64,000 nucleotides of DNA, taken from positions 160,001 to 224,000 of the forward strand of contig CBDBDQ010000005.1 in NCBI GenBank assembly GCA_965203905.1, written 5' to 3'. Below are positions 19,220 to 27,774 of this stretch, piece by piece (position 1 is the first letter of the stretch; each line of letters starts with the position of its first letter). The position numbers and the translations under genes were made by a program. The DNA comes from Spirochaetia bacterium (GTDB taxonomy: Bacteria; Spirochaetota; Spirochaetia; SZUA-6; Bin103). The notes below the pieces were generated by a model. That model had not been told where the DNA came from and searched no databases. It saw only the letters and a list, made by a program, of their open reading frames with translations.

Positions 19220-20338
19220 ATGAATTCTGGTTCCGCTGCCGCGGACATCCTGGAGGGTGAAGAAGCCGTCGACGATATCGATGAGTCCCGCGAGATAATC
19301 CCATACGTATACTCGATCACGGCGTATGGGGCCGACTACCCGGTCGACTCTCTCGTGAAGCGAATAGATTCCGGTGACATTGTAGTTCCTCGCTTCAGTT
19401 GGCAAGACGCGGCCTCCCAGATCACCGGATTCCAACGTGAATATGTGTGGCCGCGCCCGAAATCCGATCGGTTCATCGAATCTCTTCTTCTTGGACTACC
19501 AGTCCCGGGGATCTTCCTGGTCAAGGAGCCGTCCGGTCGCTTCCTGGTGCTTGATGGACACCAGCGTCTGCACACCCTGCAGTCATTCTACAGCGGTGAG
19601 ATTCATGGCAAGGTGTACCGGCTGGATGGCGTAGAGACTCGCTTCCAGAAAAAGCGCTACGAGGATCTCGACGTCGAGGACCGCCGCCGGCTGGATGACA
19701 GCATCATCCACGCGACCGTGATTCGGCAGGATGAGCCAACCGAGGATCAGAGTAGCGTCTACATGATCTTCGAGAGACTCAATACCGGCGGTGTGAATCT
19801 TCAGCCGCAAGAAATCAGGGTCGCACTCTACCACGGAGAACTGGTGCGCGTGCTCCGGCAGCTCAATGAGTTACCCGCCTGGAGGAATCTATACGGCAAA
19901 CGGTCTCGCCGCCTCAAGGACATGGAACTGATTCTGAGGTTCTTCGCCTTCTATTACCGTGCAGGCAACTATAAGAGCCCGATGAAGGAATTCCTGAACA
20001 CCTACATGGCAAGCAACAAGGACCTGGCTTGCCAGGGCAAGGATGAGCTGGTGCAGATCTTTACCGATACCGTCACGCTTCTTGATGGCGCCGTTGGCCA
20101 TAACGCCTTGCGCCCGCTCAGGGCGGTGAACGCGGCGGTCGCGGACTCGGTCATGACGGGACTGGCTCGCCGGATTAAGAGGGCACCGATACATGATGCA
20201 TCGCAGGTGGCACAGAGGTACGAAGCATTGTTGAAGGATCATGACTACCAACGGGCAATCGCTGACCGCACAGCACACGAATCCAATGTCGACACCCGCA
20301 TCAACGCAGCAACAGCAGCTTTCGCAAACGTGGAATGA
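19220..20338 (+). CDS. DUF262 (ParB-like/GmrS-type) domain protein
   Basis: FQREYVW, RFIESLLLGLPVPGIF, VLDGHQRL, IFERLNTGGVNLQPQEIR; GGAGG upstream of ATG 19220. Confidence 0.88.
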   Translation: MNSGSAAADILEGEEAVDDIDESREIIPYVYSITAYGADYPVDSLVKRIDSGDIVVPRFSWQDAASQITGFQREYVWPRPKSDRFIESLLLGLPVPGIFLVKEPSGRFLVLDGHQRLHTLQSFYSGEIHGKVYRLDGVETRFQKKRYEDLDVEDRRRLDDSIIHATVIRQDEPTEDQSSVYMIFERLNTGGVNLQPQEIRVALYHGELVRVLRQLNELPAWRNLYGKRSRRLKDMELILRFFAFYYRAGNYKSPMKEFLNTYMASNKDLACQGKDELVQIFTDTVTLLDGAVGHNALRPLRAVNAAVADSVMTGLARRIKRAPIHDASQVAQRYEALLKDHDYQRAIADRTAHESNVDTRINAATAAFANVE

Positions 20339-20475
20339 CCGGACGCGCGGAGGTTGCCAGACAACGCCGGCAACTCGATACGACCTTCTCGCGTGCCGGC
20401 AATCTCCACGCTGACGTCGAGCTTCTGTCTGATTTCGCCCGATACCTCTGTGTCCTGGTTTCCGGCTATGTGGAA
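20335..20475 (+). pseudogene. Truncated HEPN-like (MAE_28990/RiboL-PSP-like) partner of DUF262
   Basis: ATGA overlap with DUF262; ELLSDFARYLCVLVSGYVE matches the N-terminal helices of HEPN partners of DUF262; similarity stops at about codon 47 and no RxxxxH motif follows. Confidence 0.65.
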
Positions 20476-21065
20476 TGCACCAATCTGGCCGGTGCGCCGC
20501 AGGTGGCAGCCGATGAGCGAATCGTGCAGTTGCGCGGTCGGCAGGATCGGCACAAAGTGTCGATATTGACAGAGCACGCAAGTTCGCGCATCGTGCCACC
20601 TGAGAGTGGAGTTCAATTGGGATGAGAAGAAGAACGCGACACTGAAGGCGAAGCGTGGGATTACGTTTGAGGAGATCGTGTCAGATATTAGCGCAGGGAA
20701 ACTGGTGACCGTGCTGCAGCACCCCAACCGGACGCGGCATCCAAACCAGGAACTCTACCTCGTCAACCACAACAACTATATCTATGTGGTTCCCGTGGAT
20801 ATGGAGTCGTTTTCGGAGACCGCGCTAATGAGGACGATTTCCCCAGTCGAAAGTACACCAGGGAGTATTTGCCATAGGGGGCACGGGTATGAGGGTAGAC
20901 ACCGGGCGGCGATTCGAGTATCTCGATGACGAAGAGCGTGAGCTCGCCGAATCCGTCGAAAACGGAGAGTGGGAGCCGGTTGAGAATATTGAAAGGGCAA
21001 GGGAGCGGGCGGTTCGATACGCAGCAGCTACGTTGCAGCGTCTCAATGCAACGAGTGCACCAATC
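20476..21065. repeat. 10-bp direct repeat TGCACCAATC (20476-20485 and 21056-21065) bracketing the TA module
   Basis: Exact copies read from the sequence; GA(A/G)TGCACCAATC extends the match to 12 of 13 bases. Confidence 0.75.
20606..20877 (+). pseudogene. BrnT/DUF497-like type II toxin with a 1-nt frameshift near the 3' end
   Basis: MEFNWDEKKNATLKAKRGITFEEIV...HPN...HPNQ...YIYVVP; adding one base at TTT/CCCC 20838-20844 gives the family-typical end TIFPSRKYTREYLP*. Confidence 0.75.
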
Positions 21066-21176
21066 GCTTTTCCAGATGGAAACTTCGACTGGAAAGCATT
21101 CTCCGAGTCCTTCCAGCGACTGTTCCCTGAACACTCCCAGTTGCCCCGGGACTACTTGATTTCCAAGTCAGCATGA
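20889..21176 (+). CDS. Antitoxin-like protein with an atypical C-terminus
   Basis: YLDDEERELAESVENGEWEPV...RYAAATL resembles the N-half of antitoxins paired with this toxin family; the usual ribbon-helix-helix end is absent. Confidence 0.6.
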   Translation: MRVDTGRRFEYLDDEERELAESVENGEWEPVENIERARERAVRYAAATLQRLNATSAPIAFPDGNFDWKAFSESFQRLFPEHSQLPRDYLISKSA

Positions 21177-21495
21177 TCCGTTCACGAGTTCCCCATCGGG
21201 ATTCGTGCGGACGCGGGTAATTGCAGGCTCGCTCTCCCCGGCGGCGTTCTTGGCAGCAACCGAGAACTCGTACTCAGTATCTGGCTTCAAGCCAACGACA
21301 CCGGCATGCGTTAGCGGCGTCTCAAAACCGAGTGACCACTTGTTGGAGCCAATCTCCCTGACGCGCACCACATACGTACATACCCGGTTTCCATTGAGCC
21401 TCTATAACACGTCCCTCTCTCTGAGGGAGCACGACGAAAACGGTGTTGCCGTCCCACGCAACGGACGGCCCTTTTGGTCCTTCGCTTTTCGCCAT
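21168..21495 (-). pseudogene. Small fibronectin type III domain protein with a +1 frameshift near 21378
   Basis: ATG 21495 MAKSEGPKGPSVAWDGNTVFV...AQWKPGM joins, after removing one base, TYVVRVREIG...GLKPDTEYEFSVAAKNAAGESEP (FN3 consensus L.P.T.Y...V.A.N..G.S). Confidence 0.7.
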
Positions 21496-21593
21496 TAGCA
21501 GTTCAAGCGCAGCACAATTGATGCCTCTATGTCAACTAAGGGATGTGACATGACTCTGCGCTGCATCGAGCATGTACGCACAGCGGTCTCCCG

Positions 21594-24278
21594 TCAGCCG
21601 GCCGCTGAACTCTCGAGACGGGCACGTACCGAGGCAAGCACGGCGTCGAGGTCGGCCACGTGCCTTGCGCCGGCGGTGGCGAGCGTGGGTCGGCCACCGC
21701 CGCCGCCACCTGCCTTGGCCGCCGCCTCCTTGGCCAGGACGGCCGCGGAGATGCCGGGTTTCGCCGCGGCCAGATCGTCGCTCACCGCGCAGGCGATCGC
21801 CAGCCGACCGCCGAGCGTCGACACCAGGAATGCCACCGTGCCAGGCGCCCCGGTGCGCAGCCGTTCGGCGAGGGTCTTGAGCGCGGCCGGCTGCTGGTCG
21901 TCGAAGGAACGCAGGATCAGCCGCACGCCGCCGATCTCCTGGGCTTCGGCGGCCAACAGCCTGGCCTGCTGAGCGCTCCGCTCCGCCTCCAGCGTCTTGA
22001 CGCGCTTCTCCAGTTGCCGGGCGTGCTGCACCAGCTCCTCGGCGCGCTGGTCCAGCTCGGCGACCGAGCCGCCGACCAGCGCGCTGACCCGCTGCAGGGT
22101 GGCGCGCTGCGTCTGCATAAGCCCGACTGCGGCGGCGCCGGTAAGCGCCTCGATACGGCGCACACCGCTGGCAATGCTGCCCTCCGAGGTGACCACGAAG
22201 GGGCCGACCTGTCCGGTACGGCCGACGTGACAGCCACCGCACAGCTCCAGGCTCACCGGCTCCGACTCGGTGCCGACGCGCACCACCCGTACCGTGTCGC
22301 CGTACTTCTCTCCGAACAACGCCGTGGCGCCGAGCCGCAGCGCCTCGTCGAAGGCGGTGGTGAAGTACGCCACCGCGTGGTCGTCCTGCACCACCTCGTT
22401 GACGATCCGCTCGATTTCGCCGAGCTGTGCGGGCTCCACCCGCTGCCAGTGGGTAAAGTCGAAGCGCAGGTGGTCGGGGGCCACCAGCGAGCCCGACTGG
22501 TGCACGTGGTCGCCCAGGATGCGGCGCAGCGCCATGTGCAGCAGGTGGGTCGCGGTGTGGTTCGAGGTGGTCGGCCCGCGGCGGGCGGCTTCGACCCGGG
22601 CCGTGACCGGCGCGCTCCAGTCCGCACTCGCGAGGCCGTTTGCGGCGGCGCCGTCCGGCAGCCGGCAGCGGCAAATGCTCAGATCGCCGTCGCGCTGCGT
22701 ATCCTCCACGGTCAAGGTCAGCGCACCCGACTCGATGGCGCCGCGGTCGCCCACCTGGCCGCCCGCCTCCGCGTAGAATGGCGTTTCGGCCAGCACCACG
22801 TGCAGGCGGCCATCCGTCACGGCCCACTTGTGCACACTCGTCGTCACCTCGAGCTGCTCGTAGCCGACGAAGCGCTGCTGCTCCAGGGGCGTCACCGCTA
22901 CCCACTCGGAGGCCTCCACCCCGGCGGCGGTGAACTTGCCGGCGCGCCGCGCCCGCTCGCGCTGGTCCGCCATGGCGGCGTCGAAACCGGCCTGATCCAC
23001 CGTCAGACCGCGCTCGGCGGCCATCACCCGGGTCAGGTCCAGCGGAAAACCGTAGGTGTCGTAGAGGCGGAACGCCTCGGCGCCGGGCACCTCGCCCTGC
23101 TTGCGCTCAGCCACCTGTTGCACGATGCCGGAGAAGATGTCCAGGCCGCGGCCGAGGGTGCGGTTGAAGCTGGTCTCCTCCGCCTTGATCACCTCGCCGA
23201 TGTAGTCGACCCGCGCCGCCACCTCGGGGAACTCGGTGGTGTGCATCTCCGCCACCGTGGCCACCAGCCGGTGGATGAACGGCTCATGCTTCTCCAGCAG
23301 CCGGCCGTAGCGCGAGGCGCGCCGCAGCAGGCGCCGCAACACGTAGCCGCGGCCCTCGTTGGAGGGCAGCGCGCCATCGGCAATGGAGAAGCTCAGCATG
23401 CGCACGTGATCGGCCAGCACGCGAAACGCCACCTGCTGCTCCCCGGCGGCGTCCGCATAGCGCTGCCCCACCAGGTCGCCGATCCGCTCCATCAGCGGGC
23501 TGAACACGTCGGTGCTGTAGTTGTCGGTACCCTGCAGCACCGCCACCAGCCGCTCGAAGCCCATGCCGGTGTCGACGTGCTTCGCCGGCAACGGCTCCAG
23601 GATCCCGGCAGCGGTGCGGTTGAACTGGATGAACACCAGGTTCCAGATCTCGATGACGCGCGGATCGTCGGCGTTCACCAGGCTGCCGCCGGAGCCGTCC
23701 TCGGTCAGATCGACGTGAATCTCGGAGTTGGGGCCGCACGGGCCGGTGTCCGCCATCTCCCAGAAGTTGTCCTTCTTGCCGAACCGAAGCACATGTGCGG
23801 GGTCGATGTCGGTAACCGAGCGCCACAACCCCTCCGCCTCTTCGTCGGCCGGCAGGCCGTCCTGCTCGTCGCCGGCGAACACCGTGGCATACATCCGTTC
23901 CTTGGGTATGCCCCAGTGGTTCGTCAGCAAGTCCCACGCCCAGGCGATCGCCTCGCTCTTGAAATAGTCGCCGAACGACCAGTTTCCGAGCATCTCGAAG
24001 TAGGTGTGGTGGTAGGTGTCGTGCCCCACCTCTTCCAGGTCATTGTGCTTGCCGCTGACGCGAATGCACTTCTGGGTATCCACCGCGCGCACGTAGCTGC
24101 GGGTGCCGGTCCCGAGGAACACGTCCTTGAACTGGTTCATGCCGGCATTGGTGAACAGCAGCGTCGGGTCGTCGGCCGGGACCACCGGGGCACTGGGGAC
24201 CAGCGTGTGCTGGCGCTCCACGAAGTAGTCGAAGAACTCCTGGCGGATCTGGCGGGCGGTCTTGTCGGTCTTGAGCAT
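21594..24278 (-). CDS. alaS: Alanine--tRNA ligase
   Basis: DPTLLFTNAGMNQFK, HHTYFEMLGNWSFGDYFK, DTGMGFERL, editing motifs NHTATHLLH and ELCGGCHV, C-terminal GGGGGRP. Confidence 0.98.
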   Translation of the reverse strand: MLKTDKTARQIRQEFFDYFVERQHTLVPSAPVVPADDPTLLFTNAGMNQFKDVFLGTGTRSYVRAVDTQKCIRVSGKHNDLEEVGHDTYHHTYFEMLGNWSFGDYFKSEAIAWAWDLLTNHWGIPKERMYATVFAGDEQDGLPADEEAEGLWRSVTDIDPAHVLRFGKKDNFWEMADTGPCGPNSEIHVDLTEDGSGGSLVNADDPRVIEIWNLVFIQFNRTAAGILEPLPAKHVDTGMGFERLVAVLQGTDNYSTDVFSPLMERIGDLVGQRYADAAGEQQVAFRVLADHVRMLSFSIADGALPSNEGRGYVLRRLLRRASRYGRLLEKHEPFIHRLVATVAEMHTTEFPEVAARVDYIGEVIKAEETSFNRTLGRGLDIFSGIVQQVAERKQGEVPGAEAFRLYDTYGFPLDLTRVMAAERGLTVDQAGFDAAMADQRERARRAGKFTAAGVEASEWVAVTPLEQQRFVGYEQLEVTTSVHKWAVTDGRLHVVLAETPFYAEAGGQVGDRGAIESGALTLTVEDTQRDGDLSICRCRLPDGAAANGLASADWSAPVTARVEAARRGPTTSNHTATHLLHMALRRILGDHVHQSGSLVAPDHLRFDFTHWQRVEPAQLGEIERIVNEVVQDDHAVAYFTTAFDEALRLGATALFGEKYGDTVRVVRVGTESEPVSLELCGGCHVGRTGQVGPFVVTSEGSIASGVRRIEALTGAAAVGLMQTQRATLQRVSALVGGSVAELDQRAEELVQHARQLEKRVKTLEAERSAQQARLLAAEAQEIGGVRLILRSFDDQQPAALKTLAERLRTGAPGTVAFLVSTLGGRLAIACAVSDDLAAAKPGISAAVLAKEAAAKAGGGGGGRPTLATAGARHVADLDAVLASVRARLESSAAG

Positions 24279-24392
24279 CGCTTTTCGGGATGCACCCTAC
24301 CAGAAGCGGGCATTCTGTTCAGGTACCGGGTGGAGGCGGGGTGCCGGTGGGCGGCCTTTTCCAGGGCACGCGCTCCGGTGCAGGATGCGGCG

Positions 24393-24812
24393 ATGCTGCG
24401 CCTCCTGCTGGTGGTGATCGTGGCGGTGATCGCCGGCGTGTTCGCCTACCGCATCCCGGACCTGGACGTCGCGCTCCTCGGGGAAGAAGGGCGCGGCTTC
24501 TTCCTGTTCTACTCGGCGGCCGTGCCGGTGGTGCTGCTGTTCCTCAATTCGTGGCTGGAGGAGAGCGGCCTGATGAGCCGCCTGTTCGCGACCGGCGCCG
24601 CCATCGGCGTGGGCCTGGCGCTGGCGATCCGCCTCGCCACCGAGGTGTTCGCCCCCGAACCCTACCTGACGTTCCCGTTCTTCGGCGTGCTGCTGGAGGA
24701 CACCATCGCCGACGAGCGCGCCTGGCTGGTGGGCAACGCCGTGATCTCGGGGCTGGTGGCGATCGCCGCTTTCAGCAGCGCCGGCGAGAACACGCCCGTC
24801 GACGACGACTGA
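24393..24812 (+). CDS. Hypothetical membrane protein (about 4 TM segments)
   Basis: C-terminal part of ORF 21660..24812 from ATG 24393; hydrophobic segments and GC3-rich codon usage. Confidence 0.7.
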   Translation: MLRLLLVVIVAVIAGVFAYRIPDLDVALLGEEGRGFFLFYSAAVPVVLLFLNSWLEESGLMSRLFATGAAIGVGLALAIRLATEVFAPEPYLTFPFFGVLLEDTIADERAWLVGNAVISGLVAIAAFSSAGENTPVDDD

Positions 24813-24825
24813 CTGGCGGGCTGCG

Positions 24826-26070
24826 TCAGCCCGGGTATCCCCCGCCGCCGGTCTCGGCCACGCCGCGCTCCGCGGCGACGCGCTCGGCGCGGTCGTCGGA
24901 GCGGTAGGCGGCCAGCGGATCGGGCGGCAGATCCTGCTCCAGGCGGACCTGCGCCAGCAGCGGACGGACGTCGGTCTCGAAGGCGTCCACGTACACCCGG
25001 TGCGCGCCGAGCACGTCTCCTTCCGCCTGCCGTGCGCGCAGGGTCTCGTAGTCGACGACAAGCGCCTTGGCGTAGGCGGTCTGGCAGTTGAGCACGCTCA
25101 CCAGCATCGCCTCCAGCTTGGGTTCGAGGTTGTGGCTCTGGTCGATCATGTACGCCACGTCCGCCGCGGCCGCGCCCGCACTCACCAGCTCGCAGAAGAT
25201 CTCGAACAGCTCGAACGGGTTGGTGGAGCCGACGATCAGGTCGTCGTCAGCGTAACGGCGCGAGTTGAAGTGAAATCCTCCGAGCCGTCCCTCGGCGAGC
25301 AGGTAACTCACGATGTGGGCGATGTTGGTGGACAGCGCGTGGTGCCCGGTATCCACCAGCACCTCCGCCTGCGCTCCCAGCTTGAGCGCGGTGGCGTAGG
25401 CGATGCCCCAGTCGGCCAGATCGGTGTGATAGAACCCCGGCTCGAAGAACTTGTACTCCAGCAGCATGCGGCCGGCCGACGGCAGGTGGGCGTACACCTC
25501 GGCCAGCGCGCCCTCCAGGCGCGCCTTGCGGCTCGCCATGCTGTCCTGGCCGGCGTAGTTGGTGCCGTCCGCCAGCCACACGCTGAGCAGGTCGCTGCCG
25601 GTGGCGGCCATGATCCGGCAACAGTCGATCATGTGCTCCACGGCGCGCTCCCGCACCTCCGCGGAGGGGTGGCAGATGCTGCCCAGCTTGTAGATCTCGT
25701 CCTGAAACACGTTGGGGTTGATCGCCCCGATGCCTACCCCGCGCTCGGCGGCGTACTGCCCGAGCGCCGGCCAGTCGTCCACCCGGTCCCACGGGATGTG
25801 CAGCGCCACGGTCGGCGCCGCGCCGGTGAGGCGGTGAATATAGGCCGCGTCATCCAGCTTCTCATGCACGTTGCGGGCCGCGCCCGGCCAGGGAAACACC
25901 TTGAAGCGGGTGCCGCTGTTGCCATAGCCCCAGGAGGGCGTCTCGATGGCCTGCGCCTTGAGCTTCTCCTTGACGGCGGCGACGTCGACCCCGCTCCGGG
26001 TCAGGGTCGCGGCGAGGCTGTCGTAGGCGGCGTCGATTGCCGCTGCGGTGGCATCCATGACGCTCAGCAT
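24826..26070 (-). CDS. rhaI: L-rhamnose isomerase (RhaI type)
   Basis: [67 protein letters not shown]. Confidence 0.92.
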   Translation of the reverse strand: MLSVMDATAAAIDAAYDSLAATLTRSGVDVAAVKEKLKAQAIETPSWGYGNSGTRFKVFPWPGAARNVHEKLDDAAYIHRLTGAAPTVALHIPWDRVDDWPALGQYAAERGVGIGAINPNVFQDEIYKLGSICHPSAEVRERAVEHMIDCCRIMAATGSDLLSVWLADGTNYAGQDSMASRKARLEGALAEVYAHLPSAGRMLLEYKFFEPGFYHTDLADWGIAYATALKLGAQAEVLVDTGHHALSTNIAHIVSYLLAEGRLGGFHFNSRRYADDDLIVGSTNPFELFEIFCELVSAGAAAADVAYMIDQSHNLEPKLEAMLVSVLNCQTAYAKALVVDYETLRARQAEGDVLGAHRVYVDAFETDVRPLLAQVRLEQDLPPDPLAAYRSDDRAERVAAERGVAETGGGGYPG

Positions 26071-26153
26071 GCCCGACCGCAGGTTTGGCGTCTACGCCAC
26101 GGCCACCCTCCGGTCCCTTGACGCCAGCGCCCGCGCCGGGTACCCAGCTAGCC

Positions 26154-26492
26154 ATGAGCGAAACACGGCGCTTCGGCATGGTCATCGGAGTCCGGCCCGA
26201 GCGGCTGCAGGAGTACCGCGCGCTGCACGCCGATTCCCATCCCGGCGTGCGCGACCTGCTGGACACGGTCCACATGCGCAACTTCTCGATCTACCTGCAG
26301 CAGCTGCCGGACGGCAACCACTACCTGTTCGGCTACTACGAGTACGACGGGACCGACTACGAGGCCGACATGGCCAGGCTGGCCGCCGAGCCCCGCAACC
26401 GGGAGTGGCTGGCAATGTGCGACCCGATGCAGATCCCGCTGCCGGGGGAACCCACCTGGAAGCAGATGGAGCGCGTCTACTACCAAGCCTGA
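26154..26492 (+). CDS. rhaM: L-rhamnose mutarotase family protein
   Basis: RFGMVIGVRPE...EYRALH, MRNFSIYL, LFGYYEY, WKQMERVYY; divergent from the rhamnose isomerase. Confidence 0.85.
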   Translation: MSETRRFGMVIGVRPERLQEYRALHADSHPGVRDLLDTVHMRNFSIYLQQLPDGNHYLFGYYEYDGTDYEADMARLAAEPRNREWLAMCDPMQIPLPGEPTWKQMERVYYQA

Positions 26493-26574
26493 GTTGGGAG
26501 GCACCGACCCAGCCGCCTCTCACGCCTTGTGGTCCGCCGCTTTCGACCGCTTGACACGATGGTGCACATTGTGT

Positions 26575-26890
26575 AATTGTCGTAGCCATAGGTTTCGCGC
26601 GGATTTCAAAGTTCTGGTGTCTTGTGCACCGTTGAGTGGAGAATCCCATGCGGAGTTCCGGCTGTCGATGCGTTGTGTCGGCCCGGAACGCGGTCAAGAG
26701 GCCAGAGCGAAGACTTGGGCGGTACCGCCCTCTCTTCGTTAGCTAGCTTGACTTAAAGGCGTGGAGATGGAGTTGGACGATACTATTCTTAAGTTATTTT
26801 GATAACTTCCGTACCAATTCGTCGCTAACCTTCAAGCAACGAACCAAATGGAAATAGCCGCCTCACAGTCTGTAGCGCGGCTATTTTTAT
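26575..26890 (+). ncRNA. Candidate structured non-coding RNA (unassigned family)
   Basis: Upstream TTGACA(26551)-N15-TGTAAT; hairpins 26655-26689, 26692-26753 and 26766-26823, the last two with G-U pairs that form only on the + strand; ends in a terminator; no convincing ORF. Confidence 0.4.
26852..26890. terminator. Intrinsic terminator hairpin, probably bidirectional
   Basis: AAATAGCCGC...GCGGCTATTT stem with a T run on the + strand and a short A run on the 5' side; abuts the stop of the 26887..27774 gene. Confidence 0.75.
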
Positions 26891-27774
26891 CTGATGTTGT
26901 CGTTAGGCGCAACATTGATGTGGCGTCGCTTCCGTGCAACGGTTTGTTCTTCGTGGCAGCCGGGGAAGTTCCTGTTCTTCGTTTTGCTCACCTCGCAGTC
27001 GTAGTGGAATCGTGGATCGAAGGAGACACCGAATCTAAGTCGACCGCGGATCACACAAGATGCGTTGTGCGATCCTTCCTCCCAAAACGGCGCAAGGGCA
27101 TGTCTCGCAGCTGCCTTTGCAGGGCACTTGAAAACCAATCCTCTGTTCCCCACGAAGTACTTACCCTCTTTGACAGGGAGAGAGTTGGCCAGTCTTTTTA
27201 GGCGTATCCTAAAGTCATCGGGTTCTTCACCACTTCGAACCGCGGCATGGACGAGCTCACAAACCTTCAAGAAACCATGTCCGAATGATTTTGGTGGAAG
27301 CAGGAGACACGTCCTATTGTCCCGATTGGTGACTTCCTCAGAGATTACTGAAAAGAACGCTTGCACCTTCTTCAGTGCCCGTTTGATCTCTTTGAACAGC
27401 ACGTTGGCCGCAAAGCCCCTTTCATTTTTGGTACGCATGCGGACAACCCCGGTTGCACGGAGTGGTGCAATGAGTGCCTCCACGCCAAACTTTTCGAAGA
27501 TCGCATGTTCGCATGAGTCAATCCGGTCAGCATATAGTAAGATCAGCCTAGCGTTGCGAAGAAGCGTGTCACGGTCGTCCGGAAGGCGCTCCTTGAGTTC
27601 ATGGGCGACACGTTCGTAAAGTCTTGCGACGTACTCCTTCGTATAGCCATGCGGACAACGAAGACGTCTCAGTGGAATTAACTCCTCATTTCGGGTTCGT
27701 TCAAACCACCCTGCTAACTGCCACAGTGTCTGAGGTTGAAGTCCGGCCACGACAACAAACATCCTCTTTTTCAC
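26887..27774 (-). CDS. Hypothetical basic protein, C-terminal His/Asp/Cys motifs (possible nuclease/toxin)
   Basis: 295-aa ORF in a lower-GC patch, GTGA-coupled to the upstream gene; motifs LLLPPKSF, RLRFG, FHYDC, FPGCH, HINVAPNDNIR. Confidence 0.75.
   Translation of the reverse strand: MKKRMFVVVAGLQPQTLWQLAGWFERTRNEELIPLRRLRCPHGYTKEYVARLYERVAHELKERLPDDRDTLLRNARLILLYADRIDSCEHAIFEKFGVEALIAPLRATGVVRMRTKNERGFAANVLFKEIKRALKKVQAFFSVISEEVTNRDNRTCLLLPPKSFGHGFLKVCELVHAAVRSGEEPDDFRIRLKRLANSLPVKEGKYFVGNRGLVFKCPAKAAARHALAPFWEEGSHNASCVIRGRLRFGVSFDPRFHYDCEVSKTKNRNFPGCHEEQTVARKRRHINVAPNDNIR

Noticed and set aside
18746-19435. 229-aa extended L28
   Set aside because: L28 similarity starts at ATG 18985; the extension overlaps the intergenic region and the antisense of DUF262
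20476-20496. TGCACC-N9-GGTGCG as an NtrC site; also a weak GCAC..GGTG upstream of the purine sigma54 promoter
   Set aside because: Spacing does not match the NtrC consensus TGCACC-N5-GGTGCA, and no sigma54 promoter follows the first site
26494-26742. 82-aa TTG-start ORF in the structured intergenic region
   Set aside because: Weak start immediately after the rhaM stop, no recognisable motifs, atypical codon usage; structure explains the region better
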